A stretch of DNA of 64,000 bases from Chitinophagaceae bacterium (GTDB lineage: Bacteria > Bacteroidota > Bacteroidia > Chitinophagales > Chitinophagaceae): contig JAHBTR010000006.1 of NCBI GenBank assembly GCA_019638475.1, positions 59,391 to 123,390 of the forward strand, given 5' to 3'. Positions 36,734 to 45,967 of this stretch are shown here, one piece after another. Below the pieces are notes generated by a model. That model was given only the letters and a program-made list of their open reading frames with translations. It was not told the origin of the DNA and ran no database searches. Numbering within the stretch: the stretch's first letter is position 1; each line of letters starts with the position of its first letter. A program made the translations under genes and the position numbers.

Positions 36734-38854
36734 TTGAGTATGGAATTAGAAAAGTTTAGTTACGACAACAGAATATCCCGTGCATTTGCTTTTGCTACAA
36801 TTTTTTGGGCAGTAGTAGGAATGCTTGTTGGTGTTATTGCTGCATTTCAATTAGCGTTTCCTGCACTTAACTTAGATATTGCAGAAACAACTTTTGGACG
36901 TATAAGACCACTACACACCAATGCAGTAATTTTTGCATTTGTTGGTAATGGAATTTTTACAGCAGTGTATTACTCTTTTCCAAGAGTATTAAAAACAAGA
37001 ATGTATAGCGACAAATTAGGTTGGGTACATTTTTGGGGTTGGCAATTTATTATTGTGTTAGCTGCTGTTACCTTGCTAATGGGTTTTACAGTATCTAAAG
37101 AATATGCAGAATTAGAGTGGCCTCTTGATATTTTAATAACCATAGTTTGGGTAATTTTTGGTATCAATATGTTTGGTACTGTTTTAATAAGAAGAGAAAG
37201 ACATTTATATGTGGGTGTATGGTTTTTCTTAGCAAGCTGGGTTACTGTTGCAATGCTACATATTGTAAACTCTTTAGCAATACCTGTAAGTTTTACAAAA
37301 AGTTATTCAGCTTTTGCAGGTGTACAAGATGCTTTAGTACAATGGTGGTATGGTCATAATGCTGTTGCATTTTTCTTAACTACACCCTATTTAGGATTAA
37401 TGTATTATTTTGTACCTAAAGCAGCTAACAGACCAATTTATTCTTATAGATTAAGTATTGTTCACTTTTGGTCATTAATCTTTTTATACATCTGGGCTGG
37501 ACCTCATCACTTATTATATACAGCTTTACCAGAGTGGGCACAATCTTTAGGAACAGTATTTTCTATTATGCTTATTTTACCAAGTTGGGGAGGTATGCTT
37601 AATGGATTATTTACATTAAGAGGAGCTTGGGATAAGGTTAGAACAGAGCCTGTTTTAAAATTCTTTGTAGTAGCTTTAACCTGCTATGGTATGGCTACTT
37701 TAGAAGGACCATTATTATCTCTTAAAAATGTAAGTTCATATTCACATTACACAGATTGGATTGTTGCACACGTTCATGTAGGGGCTTTAGGTTGGAATGG
37801 ATTTTTAACCTTTGGTATGATGTATTGGTTAATACCAAAAATTTATCGTACAGAATTATATTCTAAAAAATTAGCTTCTACACATTTCTGGATTGGAACA
37901 CTTGGAATGATTCTTTATGCAATTCCAATGTATTGGTCTGGCTTTAAACAAAGTTTAATGTGGAAATCATTTACACCAGAAGGACAATTAACTTATACCT
38001 TCATGGATTCTGTACAATCTGTAATTCCATTTTATATTTTAAGAGCTATTGGAGGAACAATTTATTTAGCTGGTGTTATTTTAATGATTTACAACTTATA
38101 TAAAACAACAAAAATTGGTTCGTTTGAAGCTGAAGTAGAAATGCAAGCTCCTCCATTAGAAAAAACATATAAAGCACCAGCTAAGGCTCACTGGCACTCT
38201 TGGATAGAAAGAAGACCAACTCAATTATTAGTAGCTTCTTTTATTGTTGTTGCTATTGGTGGTGCAGTAGAAATTATTCCAACAATGTTGGTTAAATCAA
38301 ATATTCCAACTATTGCAAGTGTAAAACCATACACTCCATTAGAACTTCAAGGAAGAGATATTTATATAAGAGAAGGTTGCTACACTTGCCACTCACAAAT
38401 GATTCGTCCTTTTAGAGATGAAGTAGCACGTTATGGAGAGTATTCAAAAGCTGGAGAATTTGTATATGATCGTCCACATCAGTGGGGCTCTAAAAGAACT
38501 GGTCCAGACTTAGCAAGAGAAGGAGGAAAAAATCCTAACTCTTGGCACTTTAACCACATGTTAGACCCTCGTTCTACATCACCAGGTTCTATTATGCCTG
38601 CTTATCCTTGGCTGTTTGAAAATGATTTAAACAATAAAACTTTGCCAGATAAAATAAGGGTAATGCAAAAATTTGGTGTGCCTTATGAAAAAGATTATGG
38701 CAAAGCAAAAGCACAAGAAGACCTTGATAAACAAGCTCAAACCATTACAGATGATTTAAAGGCTAATAAAATTAATATCAGTAGTAAAAAAGAAATTATT
38801 GCTGTAATTGCTTATTTACAAAGATTGGGCAAAGACATTAAAGCCGAAAAATAA
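36734..38854 (+). CDS. ccoN: cbb3-type cytochrome c oxidase, fused subunits I and II (CcoN-CcoO)
   Basis: 706 aa. Heme-copper oxidase subunit I His ligands in 12+ TM segments. The C-terminal part has the CYTCHS heme-c motif of CcoO. Confidence 0.9.
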   Translation: MSMELEKFSYDNRISRAFAFATIFWAVVGMLVGVIAAFQLAFPALNLDIAETTFGRIRPLHTNAVIFAFVGNGIFTAVYYSFPRVLKTRMYSDKLGWVHFWGWQFIIVLAAVTLLMGFTVSKEYAELEWPLDILITIVWVIFGINMFGTVLIRRERHLYVGVWFFLASWVTVAMLHIVNSLAIPVSFTKSYSAFAGVQDALVQWWYGHNAVAFFLTTPYLGLMYYFVPKAANRPIYSYRLSIVHFWSLIFLYIWAGPHHLLYTALPEWAQSLGTVFSIMLILPSWGGMLNGLFTLRGAWDKVRTEPVLKFFVVALTCYGMATLEGPLLSLKNVSSYSHYTDWIVAHVHVGALGWNGFLTFGMMYWLIPKIYRTELYSKKLASTHFWIGTLGMILYAIPMYWSGFKQSLMWKSFTPEGQLTYTFMDSVQSVIPFYILRAIGGTIYLAGVILMIYNLYKTTKIGSFEAEVEMQAPPLEKTYKAPAKAHWHSWIERRPTQLLVASFIVVAIGGAVEIIPTMLVKSNIPTIASVKPYTPLELQGRDIYIREGCYTCHSQMIRPFRDEVARYGEYSKAGEFVYDRPHQWGSKRTGPDLAREGGKNPNSWHFNHMLDPRSTSPGSIMPAYPWLFENDLNNKTLPDKIRVMQKFGVPYEKDYGKAKAQEDLDKQAQTITDDLKANKINISSKKEIIAVIAYLQRLGKDIKAEK

Positions 38855-38859
38855 TTATT

Positions 38860-39021
38860 ATGAAATTTAGAAATTATTTGGAAACAATGACAGGCATAGG
38901 AATTTATCCTTTAATTTCTCTGTTAATCTTCTTTATATTTTTTGTTGGATGCTTAATTTATGTTTTTAAAGCAGATAATAATAAAATGGAGGAGATGAAA
39001 AATATACCCTTGGACGAATAA
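38860..39021 (+). CDS. CcoQ-like small membrane subunit of cbb3 oxidase
   Basis: 53-aa ORF absent from the supplied track (MKFRNYLETMTGIGIYPLISLLIFFIFFVGCLIYVFKADNNKMEEMKNIPLDE). Single TM. Sits between ccoNO and ccoP, where ccoQ normally lies. Confidence 0.65.
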   Translation: MKFRNYLETMTGIGIYPLISLLIFFIFFVGCLIYVFKADNNKMEEMKNIPLDE

Positions 39022-39034
39022 AAAATAAAATATT

Positions 39035-39895
39035 ATGGAACTAAAAAAATATTTACAAAAAGTAATTTATACTGTAGTACCAGTTTTATTATTTACATTA
39101 ATTACCACTGTTGCTAATGCTAATGATACAACTACAGTTGTTAGCAAAGAAAGCTCATTCAAGGGCAACCTGTTGATAATATTGTTTAGTATTTTCATTG
39201 TAGTAGAATTAATAATTATTGGTTATTTAATTTTTTCTCCAAGCACTTCTAATGAAGTAGATAGTGTAACAGGAAAACCAAAAAGAAGAAGAACACTTTG
39301 GGAAAGGTTCAATAATTTAAAATCAATGGAAGAAGAAAGTTCTATAGAACTTGAACATGATTATGATGGTATTAAAGAATTAGATAATGCTGCACCACCT
39401 TGGTTTACAATAGGCTTTACACTATCAATTATTTTTGCTTTTATATACATGTATAGATATCATGTAGTACACTCTGCACCATTACAAATTGAAGAATATA
39501 CAATAGCAGTAAAAAAAGCTAAAGAAGAAAAAGCAGCATTGGATAAACTAAAACCACCAAAGGTGATAGATGAAAATAATTTAGTACTATTAAGTCCTGC
39601 CGAAATTGCAAAAGGAAAAGAAATATTTATAAAAAACTGTGCTACTTGTCATGCAAATGATGGAGGTGGTGGAGCTGGTCCAAACTTAACAGATAATTAT
39701 TGGATGCATGGTGGTAGCTTAAAAGATATTTTTATTTCTGTAAAAGTTGGTTACCCTCAAAAAGGTATGCCAGGTTGGGGCGAAATTTTAGGATTAGAAC
39801 AAGTAGAACAAGTAACCTCTTATATAAAAACTTTAAAAGGAACAAAACCCGCTATACCAAAAGAACAACAAGGAGAGTTATATAAAGAAAATTAA
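39035..39895 (+). CDS. ccoP: cbb3-type cytochrome c oxidase subunit III (CcoP)
   Basis: 286 aa. TM anchor, FixO/CcoP N-terminal motif HDYDGIKELDN..PPWF, and heme-c site CATCHANDGGGGAGPNL. Confidence 0.85.
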   Translation: MELKKYLQKVIYTVVPVLLFTLITTVANANDTTTVVSKESSFKGNLLIILFSIFIVVELIIIGYLIFSPSTSNEVDSVTGKPKRRRTLWERFNNLKSMEEESSIELEHDYDGIKELDNAAPPWFTIGFTLSIIFAFIYMYRYHVVHSAPLQIEEYTIAVKKAKEEKAALDKLKPPKVIDENNLVLLSPAEIAKGKEIFIKNCATCHANDGGGGAGPNLTDNYWMHGGSLKDIFISVKVGYPQKGMPGWGEILGLEQVEQVTSYIKTLKGTKPAIPKEQQGELYKEN

Positions 39896-39925
39896 TACAC
39901 AGCTTAGACTAAATAGTTTATTTTA

Positions 39926-41341
39926 ATGAATGTAAATGATAATGAGTTACACGATGATGGCTTTAGAGATAGTTTAACCACTGTTAATAAAGATGGTTCA
40001 AGAAAATGGGTTTATGCTGTTCAACCCAAAGGAAAATTTTATGCTCTAAGAACTTATGTTAGCTGGATTTATTTAGCCATATTTTTTATTATTCCTTTTA
40101 TAAAAATTAATGGAATTCCATTTTTACAATTCAATGTTTTAGAACAACGCTTTATTATTTTTGGTAAAATATTTACCCCAGACGATTTTTTTATTTTCGC
40201 TGTTGGTATGATAACCTTCATGGTTTTTATTGTACTATTTACAGTTATTTATGGAAGAATATTTTGTGGATGGGTTTGTCCTCAAACCATTTTTATGGAA
40301 ATGGTTTTTAGAAAAGTAGAGTATTGGATTGAAGGTAGTGCTAACGACCAAAAACTTTTAGATAAAAGCCCTTGGAATATCAATAAAATACTAAGACGTG
40401 GAGGTAAACATATTGCCTTCTTTTTACTTTCATTCATTATTGCTAATACATTTTTATCTTACATTATTGGAGTAGATACTTTAATTACTTATGTTACAGA
40501 ACCAGTAACACAACACTTAGCTTTATTAACAGGTGTTTTAATTTTTACTTTTATTTTTTATGTTGTTTATGCTTTTGTAAGAGAAGTTGTATGTACTGTT
40601 ATTTGTCCTTATGGAAGATTACAAAGTGTATTAACAGATAAAGACACAGTAGTTGTTGCTTATGATTATGTAAGAGGCGAACAAAGAGGAAAATTTAAAA
40701 AGAATACCGATAGAACAGAAAGTGGTTTAGGAGATTGTATAGATTGTCATCAATGTGTTGTTGTATGCCCTACAGGTATTGATATAAGAAATGGAACTCA
40801 AATGGAATGTACCAACTGTACTGCTTGTATTGATGCTTGTGATTTTATGATGGAAAAAGTAAATTTACCTAAAGGATTAATTCGTTATACTTCTGAAAAT
40901 AATATTGCCAAAGGTAAAAAATTAACCTACACACTAAGAATGAAAGCCTATACAGTAGTATTGGTTTTACTCGTTGCCTTTATGTCGTTTTTATTAATTA
41001 CAAGAGATAATATTGATGCACATATTATTCGTTCAAGTGGACAACTTTATGCAGATATGGGCAATAATCTTGCTAATTTTTATGAAATAAAAGTGGTTAA
41101 TAAAACAAATAATCCAATTCCCATTACTTTACAATTAGAAGGCATTAATGGAGAACTTAAAATGCTTGGAACTGACAAAATTTTTGATGTTGATGGATTG
41201 AAACAAAAAGATGCAAAATTTATTATACTGATAAATAAGCATGATATAAAAGCCAGAAAAACAGAATTGAAGATTAGCATTTATAATAATAATGAAAAGA
41301 TTACAACGATTAAAACAAATTTTTTAGGACCATTTATGTAA
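39926..41341 (+). CDS. ccoG: Cytochrome c oxidase accessory protein CcoG/FixG (4Fe-4S ferredoxin membrane protein)
   Basis: 471 aa. CGWVCPQ, CPYGRLQS and CIDCHQCVVVCP cluster motifs. Confidence 0.9.
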   Translation: MNVNDNELHDDGFRDSLTTVNKDGSRKWVYAVQPKGKFYALRTYVSWIYLAIFFIIPFIKINGIPFLQFNVLEQRFIIFGKIFTPDDFFIFAVGMITFMVFIVLFTVIYGRIFCGWVCPQTIFMEMVFRKVEYWIEGSANDQKLLDKSPWNINKILRRGGKHIAFFLLSFIIANTFLSYIIGVDTLITYVTEPVTQHLALLTGVLIFTFIFYVVYAFVREVVCTVICPYGRLQSVLTDKDTVVVAYDYVRGEQRGKFKKNTDRTESGLGDCIDCHQCVVVCPTGIDIRNGTQMECTNCTACIDACDFMMEKVNLPKGLIRYTSENNIAKGKKLTYTLRMKAYTVVLVLLVAFMSFLLITRDNIDAHIIRSSGQLYADMGNNLANFYEIKVVNKTNNPIPITLQLEGINGELKMLGTDKIFDVDGLKQKDAKFIILINKHDIKARKTELKISIYNNNEKITTIKTNFLGPFM

Positions 41342-41347
41342 TTAATT

Positions 41348-41785
41348 ATGAATTGGGGAAAAGGTATAACAATAGTAATTATAGTATTTATTGGTTGGAT
41401 TTCTTTTTTGGTGTATAAAACCACAGAAATTACATCTGAAATGGTAACTGATAATTACTATGAAAAAGAATTGGTATATGAAGACGTTATTCAAGCTAAA
41501 AAAAATGTACAACAATTAAGTACACAACCAGCTATTCAATTAGCTCAAGATTCTGTACTAATTATTTTTCCTACAGAAATAAATAATTCAGCAAAAGGAG
41601 ATATAATATTTTACAGACCAAATGACCCTAAGAAAGATAAAAAATATTCTATTAATATTAAAGAGAACTCTAATAAACAATATATTTCAACTAATGATTT
41701 AGTAAAAGGAATTTATCAAATTCAGCTAACTTGGAATCAAAATAATATTCCATATTACTACGAAAAGAATATTTTTATTCAATAA
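41348..41785 (+). CDS. FixH family protein
   Basis: 145 aa. N-terminal TM (WGKGITIVIIVFIGWISFLVY). Lies directly after ccoG. Confidence 0.7.
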   Translation: MNWGKGITIVIIVFIGWISFLVYKTTEITSEMVTDNYYEKELVYEDVIQAKKNVQQLSTQPAIQLAQDSVLIIFPTEINNSAKGDIIFYRPNDPKKDKKYSINIKENSNKQYISTNDLVKGIYQIQLTWNQNNIPYYYEKNIFIQ

Positions 41786-42495
41786 TGATATTTGCTTTAA
41801 CATCTGGCTTTCTTATAGGAATAATGGGCAGCTTCCATTGTTTAGGAATGTGTGGTCCTATTGCATTAGCATTACCCATTCATCATTTAGATAAATACAA
41901 ACAAATAAGCTATACATTACTTTACAACTTTGGCAGAGTAATTAGTTATTCTTTTTTAGGGTTATTATTTGGTTTAATTGGTAAAAGTTTTTTTATTGGT
42001 AAATATCAACAAGCATTTTCTATAACTATAGGTATATTAATATTGTTAGGTGCATTTGCTCCTAAAATTTTTTCATTATTCAAATTAAAAGGATTAAACA
42101 ATTATAGTAAGTATATAAGAACCCACTTATCAAAACTATTTAAGCAAGAAAAAACAAAATCAGTTTATTTTTTAATAGGTATTTTTAATGGATTATTACC
42201 TTGTGGTTTAGTGTATTTTGCTTTAGCATCTGCATTAATATCTGGTAGTGTTTTAAATAGTGTAGCATTTATGAGTATGTTTGGTATTGCTACAATACCA
42301 ATGATGTTTTCAGTATCTTATTTTGGAAAATTTATTTCTCAAAAATGTAGAGTAACTGTAAACAAGTTAGTACCATATTTTATTGCTATTATGGCTATTT
42401 TATTAGTGCTTCGTGGACTTAACTTAGGCATTCCTTATATAAGTCCAATACTTCAACAATCAACAGAAGAATCTCAATACTGTCATCCAGAATAA
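41785..42495 (+). CDS. TauE/SafE (DsbD_2-like) family membrane protein
   Basis: 236 aa and 6 TM segments. N-terminal SFHCLGMCGPIA motif. The start overlaps the fixH stop. Confidence 0.7.
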   Translation: MIFALTSGFLIGIMGSFHCLGMCGPIALALPIHHLDKYKQISYTLLYNFGRVISYSFLGLLFGLIGKSFFIGKYQQAFSITIGILILLGAFAPKIFSLFKLKGLNNYSKYIRTHLSKLFKQEKTKSVYFLIGIFNGLLPCGLVYFALASALISGSVLNSVAFMSMFGIATIPMMFSVSYFGKFISQKCRVTVNKLVPYFIAIMAILLVLRGLNLGIPYISPILQQSTEESQYCHPE

Positions 42496-42525
42496 TATGT
42501 TGCATTATAAATTTGGACAATGTGG

Positions 42526-42586
42526 TTAAAAATGGGGAAAATTACTGTACAAAAACACCATTAAATTTCGGTTCTTTGCTAAGAAT
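42526..42586 (+). repeat. 61-bp direct repeat, copy B (downstream of the cbb3 cluster, upstream of parA)
   Basis: Identical to 33844-33904. Confidence 0.9.
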
Positions 42587-42604
42587 CATAATACTTTACA
42601 TTTG
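42575..42604 (+). promoter_or_regulatory. Candidate parA promoter (-33 TTTG / -7 TAcaTTTG)
   Basis: TTTG (42575-78), an 18-nt spacer, then TAcaTTTG (42597-604), 42 nt upstream of the parA ATG. The -33 box lies inside the 61-bp repeat. Confidence 0.5.
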
Positions 42605-42645
42605 TAACCTTTGAAAGTATAAAAACAAAGAAGAAAACGTGCATT

Positions 42646-43446
42646 ATGGCAAGAATTATTGGCGTAGCTAATCAAAAAGGAGGTGTTGGAAAAACAACAA
42701 CCTCTATCAATCTTGCAGCAAGCCTTGCTGTATTAGAATATAAAACTTTATTGGTAGATGCTGACCCACAAGCAAATGGAACTACTGGTGTAGGTTTTAA
42801 CGATAAAAATATAACTACCAGTTTGTATGACTGTATGGTAAATAATACAAAAGCCAATGAAGTTATATTAAAAACAGAAATACCCAATTTAGACCTAATT
42901 CCTTCTCACATAGATTTGGTAGGGGCAGAAATTGAAATGATAAATTACCCCAATAGAGAAAATGTAATGAAACAATTACTAAGCAAAGTGAAAGATAAAT
43001 ATGATTTCATTATTATTGATTGCTCTCCATCTCTTGGATTAATTACAGTAAACTCTCTTGTAGCTGCGGATAGTGTTGTAGTGCCTGTACAGTGTGAATT
43101 TTTTGCATTAGAAGGATTAGGAAAATTATTAAATACTATTAAAATTGTACAAAGTCGTTTAAACCCATCATTACAAATAGAAGGTATCTTAATGACAATG
43201 TATGATGGTCGTTTGCGTTTAAGCAATCAAGTTGTAAGTGAAGTAAGAAGACATTTTGATGAATTGGTATTTAATACCATTATTCACAGAAATACAAGAT
43301 TGAGTGAAGCCCCAAGCATAGGAAAACCTGTTATTCTGTATGATGCAGATAGTAAAGGTGCAGCCAATTACTTAAACCTTGCAAAAGAAATTTTACAAAA
43401 AAACGACATGACAAAAATGAGTAATGACGAAAGAATTATAGAATAA
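42646..43446 (+). CDS. parA: Chromosome partitioning ATPase ParA/Soj
   Basis: 266 aa. Deviant Walker A NQKGGVGKTTT. Confidence 0.92.
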   Translation: MARIIGVANQKGGVGKTTTSINLAASLAVLEYKTLLVDADPQANGTTGVGFNDKNITTSLYDCMVNNTKANEVILKTEIPNLDLIPSHIDLVGAEIEMINYPNRENVMKQLLSKVKDKYDFIIIDCSPSLGLITVNSLVAADSVVVPVQCEFFALEGLGKLLNTIKIVQSRLNPSLQIEGILMTMYDGRLRLSNQVVSEVRRHFDELVFNTIIHRNTRLSEAPSIGKPVILYDADSKGAANYLNLAKEILQKNDMTKMSNDERIIE

Positions 43447-43495
43447 AGTTTGAGTATTTCAACGTTCAAACATTTAAAGATTCAAACTAAAAAAA

Positions 43496-44413
43496 ATGAC
43501 AACTCCCAAACAAAAGAAAGATGCAATAGGCAAGGGTATAGAAACCCTTCTTAATAATATGGGGCAAGAATTAAAAAATGCTTCTGGCTCATTAAAAAAT
43601 AATGTGGTAGAACAAGCTACTGCTATGGTTCGTATTCCTTTAGCTGATATTGCTTTTAATCCCAAACAGCCCAGAAAAGATTTTGACGAAACTGCATTAA
43701 GTGAGTTAGCTGCATCAATCAAAATTCATGATATTATTCAGCCACTTACTGTTACAAAAACAAGCAATGGAAAATATACTTTAATTTCTGGAGAAAGAAG
43801 ATTTAGAGCTTCTAAAATTGCAGGACTAAAAGATATACCTGTTTACATTCGTCAAGCAAATGATACAGAACTTTTAGAACTTGCTTTGTTAGAAAACTTA
43901 CAAAGAGAAGATTTGAATGCTATTGAAATTGGTCTTAGTTACAAACGAATGATGGAAGAATTAGACTATACTCAAGAGCAAGTAGCAGAAAGAATGGGCA
44001 AAGAAAGAAGTACTGTAACCAATTATATACGATTATTAAAACTTCCTCCAGATATTCAATTAGCTGTTCGTAGTGGTAAAATAACTATGGGACATGCAAG
44101 AGCTTTAATAACAATAGATACTGTAGATAAACAGTTGTATGTTTTTAATGAAGTAAAAAATAAACAATTAAGTGTAAGGCAAACAGAAGAATTGGTAAGA
44201 AAATTGTATAAAAATAATGAGCCTGTTAAAACTTCACCAAAAAATGAACTATCACCTGCTTATAAAAAAATTGAAGATAATTTAGCTTCACATTTTGGAA
44301 CAAAAGCCAAACTTGTTCACAATAAAAAAGGTTATGGCAGCATTACATTAGAATATTATTCATTGCAAGAGTTGAATAAAATTTTAGATTTAATGAATAT
44401 TACTGTCAGCTAA
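43496..44413 (+). CDS. parB: Chromosome partitioning protein ParB/Spo0J
   Basis: 305 aa. ParB box GERRFRASK and an HTH region. Confidence 0.92.
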   Translation: MTTPKQKKDAIGKGIETLLNNMGQELKNASGSLKNNVVEQATAMVRIPLADIAFNPKQPRKDFDETALSELAASIKIHDIIQPLTVTKTSNGKYTLISGERRFRASKIAGLKDIPVYIRQANDTELLELALLENLQREDLNAIEIGLSYKRMMEELDYTQEQVAERMGKERSTVTNYIRLLKLPPDIQLAVRSGKITMGHARALITIDTVDKQLYVFNEVKNKQLSVRQTEELVRKLYKNNEPVKTSPKNELSPAYKKIEDNLASHFGTKAKLVHNKKGYGSITLEYYSLQELNKILDLMNITVS

Positions 44414-44421
44414 ATTGACAC

Positions 44422-45120
44422 ATGAATATTTTTAAAAGCATATTAGTTTTCATTATTTACTGTCATTCAACAATCATTTTTGCACAAGAAAATAATGATA
44501 CTAAATCTGTTATTACTCAAAATACAGATACAATAACACCTTTGCCCAACAAGCCAATAATGGCAACGAATAATGATGATACCATTGCAAAAAAAGTATT
44601 GACCAAACAAAAAAAACACAACCCCAAAATTGCTACAAGACGTTCAGCTATTTTACCAGGTTGGGGTCAAGCATATAACAAACAGTATTGGAAAATACCT
44701 GTTGTATATGGTGTATTAGCCATACCAACGGTTACATTTTTTTACAACAATACTTGGTACAATCGTACAAAATCGGCTTATGATATTTTGTTCAAAGCAT
44801 CTCAACCAAATGCTTCTCAAGAAGACATAGATAAATTAAAAAATATTCATCCAAAACTGCAAGGCTTTAGTTTAAGTTCATTACAAACATTTAGAAATTC
44901 ATTCAGAAAAGATAGAGATTATTCTGTATTATGGTTTGCTGTAGCTTGGGGTTTAAATGTTGTAGATGCTACGGTTTTTGCACATTTAAAAGAGTTTGAT
45001 GTAAGCGATAATTTATCTGTGCAAATAAATCCTACTATCAATCCTATTAATAAATCTAAAGGCTTTAGCTTGGTTTTCAACTTTAAAAAAAATACGCCAA
45101 GAATTGTTAATGTTCGTTGA
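44422..45120 (+). CDS. DUF5683-type membrane protein
   Basis: 232 aa. RRSAILPGWGQAYNKQYWKIPVVY motif. Conserved position between parB and dapB in Bacteroidota. Confidence 0.65.
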   Translation: MNIFKSILVFIIYCHSTIIFAQENNDTKSVITQNTDTITPLPNKPIMATNNDDTIAKKVLTKQKKHNPKIATRRSAILPGWGQAYNKQYWKIPVVYGVLAIPTVTFFYNNTWYNRTKSAYDILFKASQPNASQEDIDKLKNIHPKLQGFSLSSLQTFRNSFRKDRDYSVLWFAVAWGLNVVDATVFAHLKEFDVSDNLSVQINPTINPINKSKGFSLVFNFKKNTPRIVNVR

Positions 45121-45183
45121 TGAATGTAAAAGAATTTCTTTAACTTTAATTAATTTCTTTTACTTAAAAATAACCCTCTTAAA

Positions 45184-45909
45184 ATGAAAATTGCATTAAT
45201 AGGCTATGGAAAAATGGGCAAAGCCATTGAAGAAATAGCTTTAGCAAAAGGACATACCATTGTTTTAAAAATTACATCAAATAATGTAGAAGAACTAACA
45301 ACAGAAAATATACAAAAAGCCGATATAGTTATAGAATTTACCAACCCACATAGTGCAGTAGAAAATATTACAAAGTGCTTACAAGCTGGTGTACCTGTTA
45401 TTTGTGGTAGCACAGGTTGGTTACATAAATGGAACGAAATAGAATTATTATGTAAGCAACAAAATGGTACTTTTTTATTTGCCAGCAACTTTAGTATTGG
45501 TGTCAATTTATTTTTTGAATTGAATATATATTTAGCCAAACTAATGAGCAATCATACTGATTACAATATAATGATAGAAGAAACGCATCATACGCAAAAG
45601 AAAGATGCACCAAGTGGAACAGCCATTACATTAGCAGAACAAATTTTGCAGCACACTACTTTTAAAGAAAATTGGGTAAACCATATAACAGAAGTTGCCA
45701 ATCAATTACCCATTATTTCTAAAAGAATAGATGCTGTAACAGGCACTCATAAAATAACCTACACATCAGCAATAGATGATATAGAAATTATACATACAGC
45801 ACACAATAGAATGGGTTTTGCAAAAGGAGCCATCTTAGCTGCTGAATTTGTGAAAGATAAAAAAGGTATTATAACCATGAAAGAAGTATTAGGCTTTAAA
45901 AATTTTTAA
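45184..45909 (+). CDS. dapB: 4-hydroxy-tetrahydrodipicolinate reductase
   Basis: 241 aa. Signature ETHHTQKKDAPSGTA. Confidence 0.92.
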   Translation: MKIALIGYGKMGKAIEEIALAKGHTIVLKITSNNVEELTTENIQKADIVIEFTNPHSAVENITKCLQAGVPVICGSTGWLHKWNEIELLCKQQNGTFLFASNFSIGVNLFFELNIYLAKLMSNHTDYNIMIEETHHTQKKDAPSGTAITLAEQILQHTTFKENWVNHITEVANQLPIISKRIDAVTGTHKITYTSAIDDIEIIHTAHNRMGFAKGAILAAEFVKDKKGIITMKEVLGFKNF

Positions 45910-45967
45910 TACAAATTGTATGAAAAAATCAACCTCTTACACTCTTTACAATAAATCAACTCTTAAC

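Noticed and set aside
43455-43472. Possible parS site (tatttcaacgttcaaaca) in the parA-parB spacer. The hairpin gtttcgtg-tct-cacgaaac at 33966-33984 is a parS look-alike.
   Set aside because: Only the central AACGTT is palindromic. Neither sequence matches the TGTTNCACGTGAAACA consensus beyond a few bases, and I found no cacgtg core anywhere near parAB.
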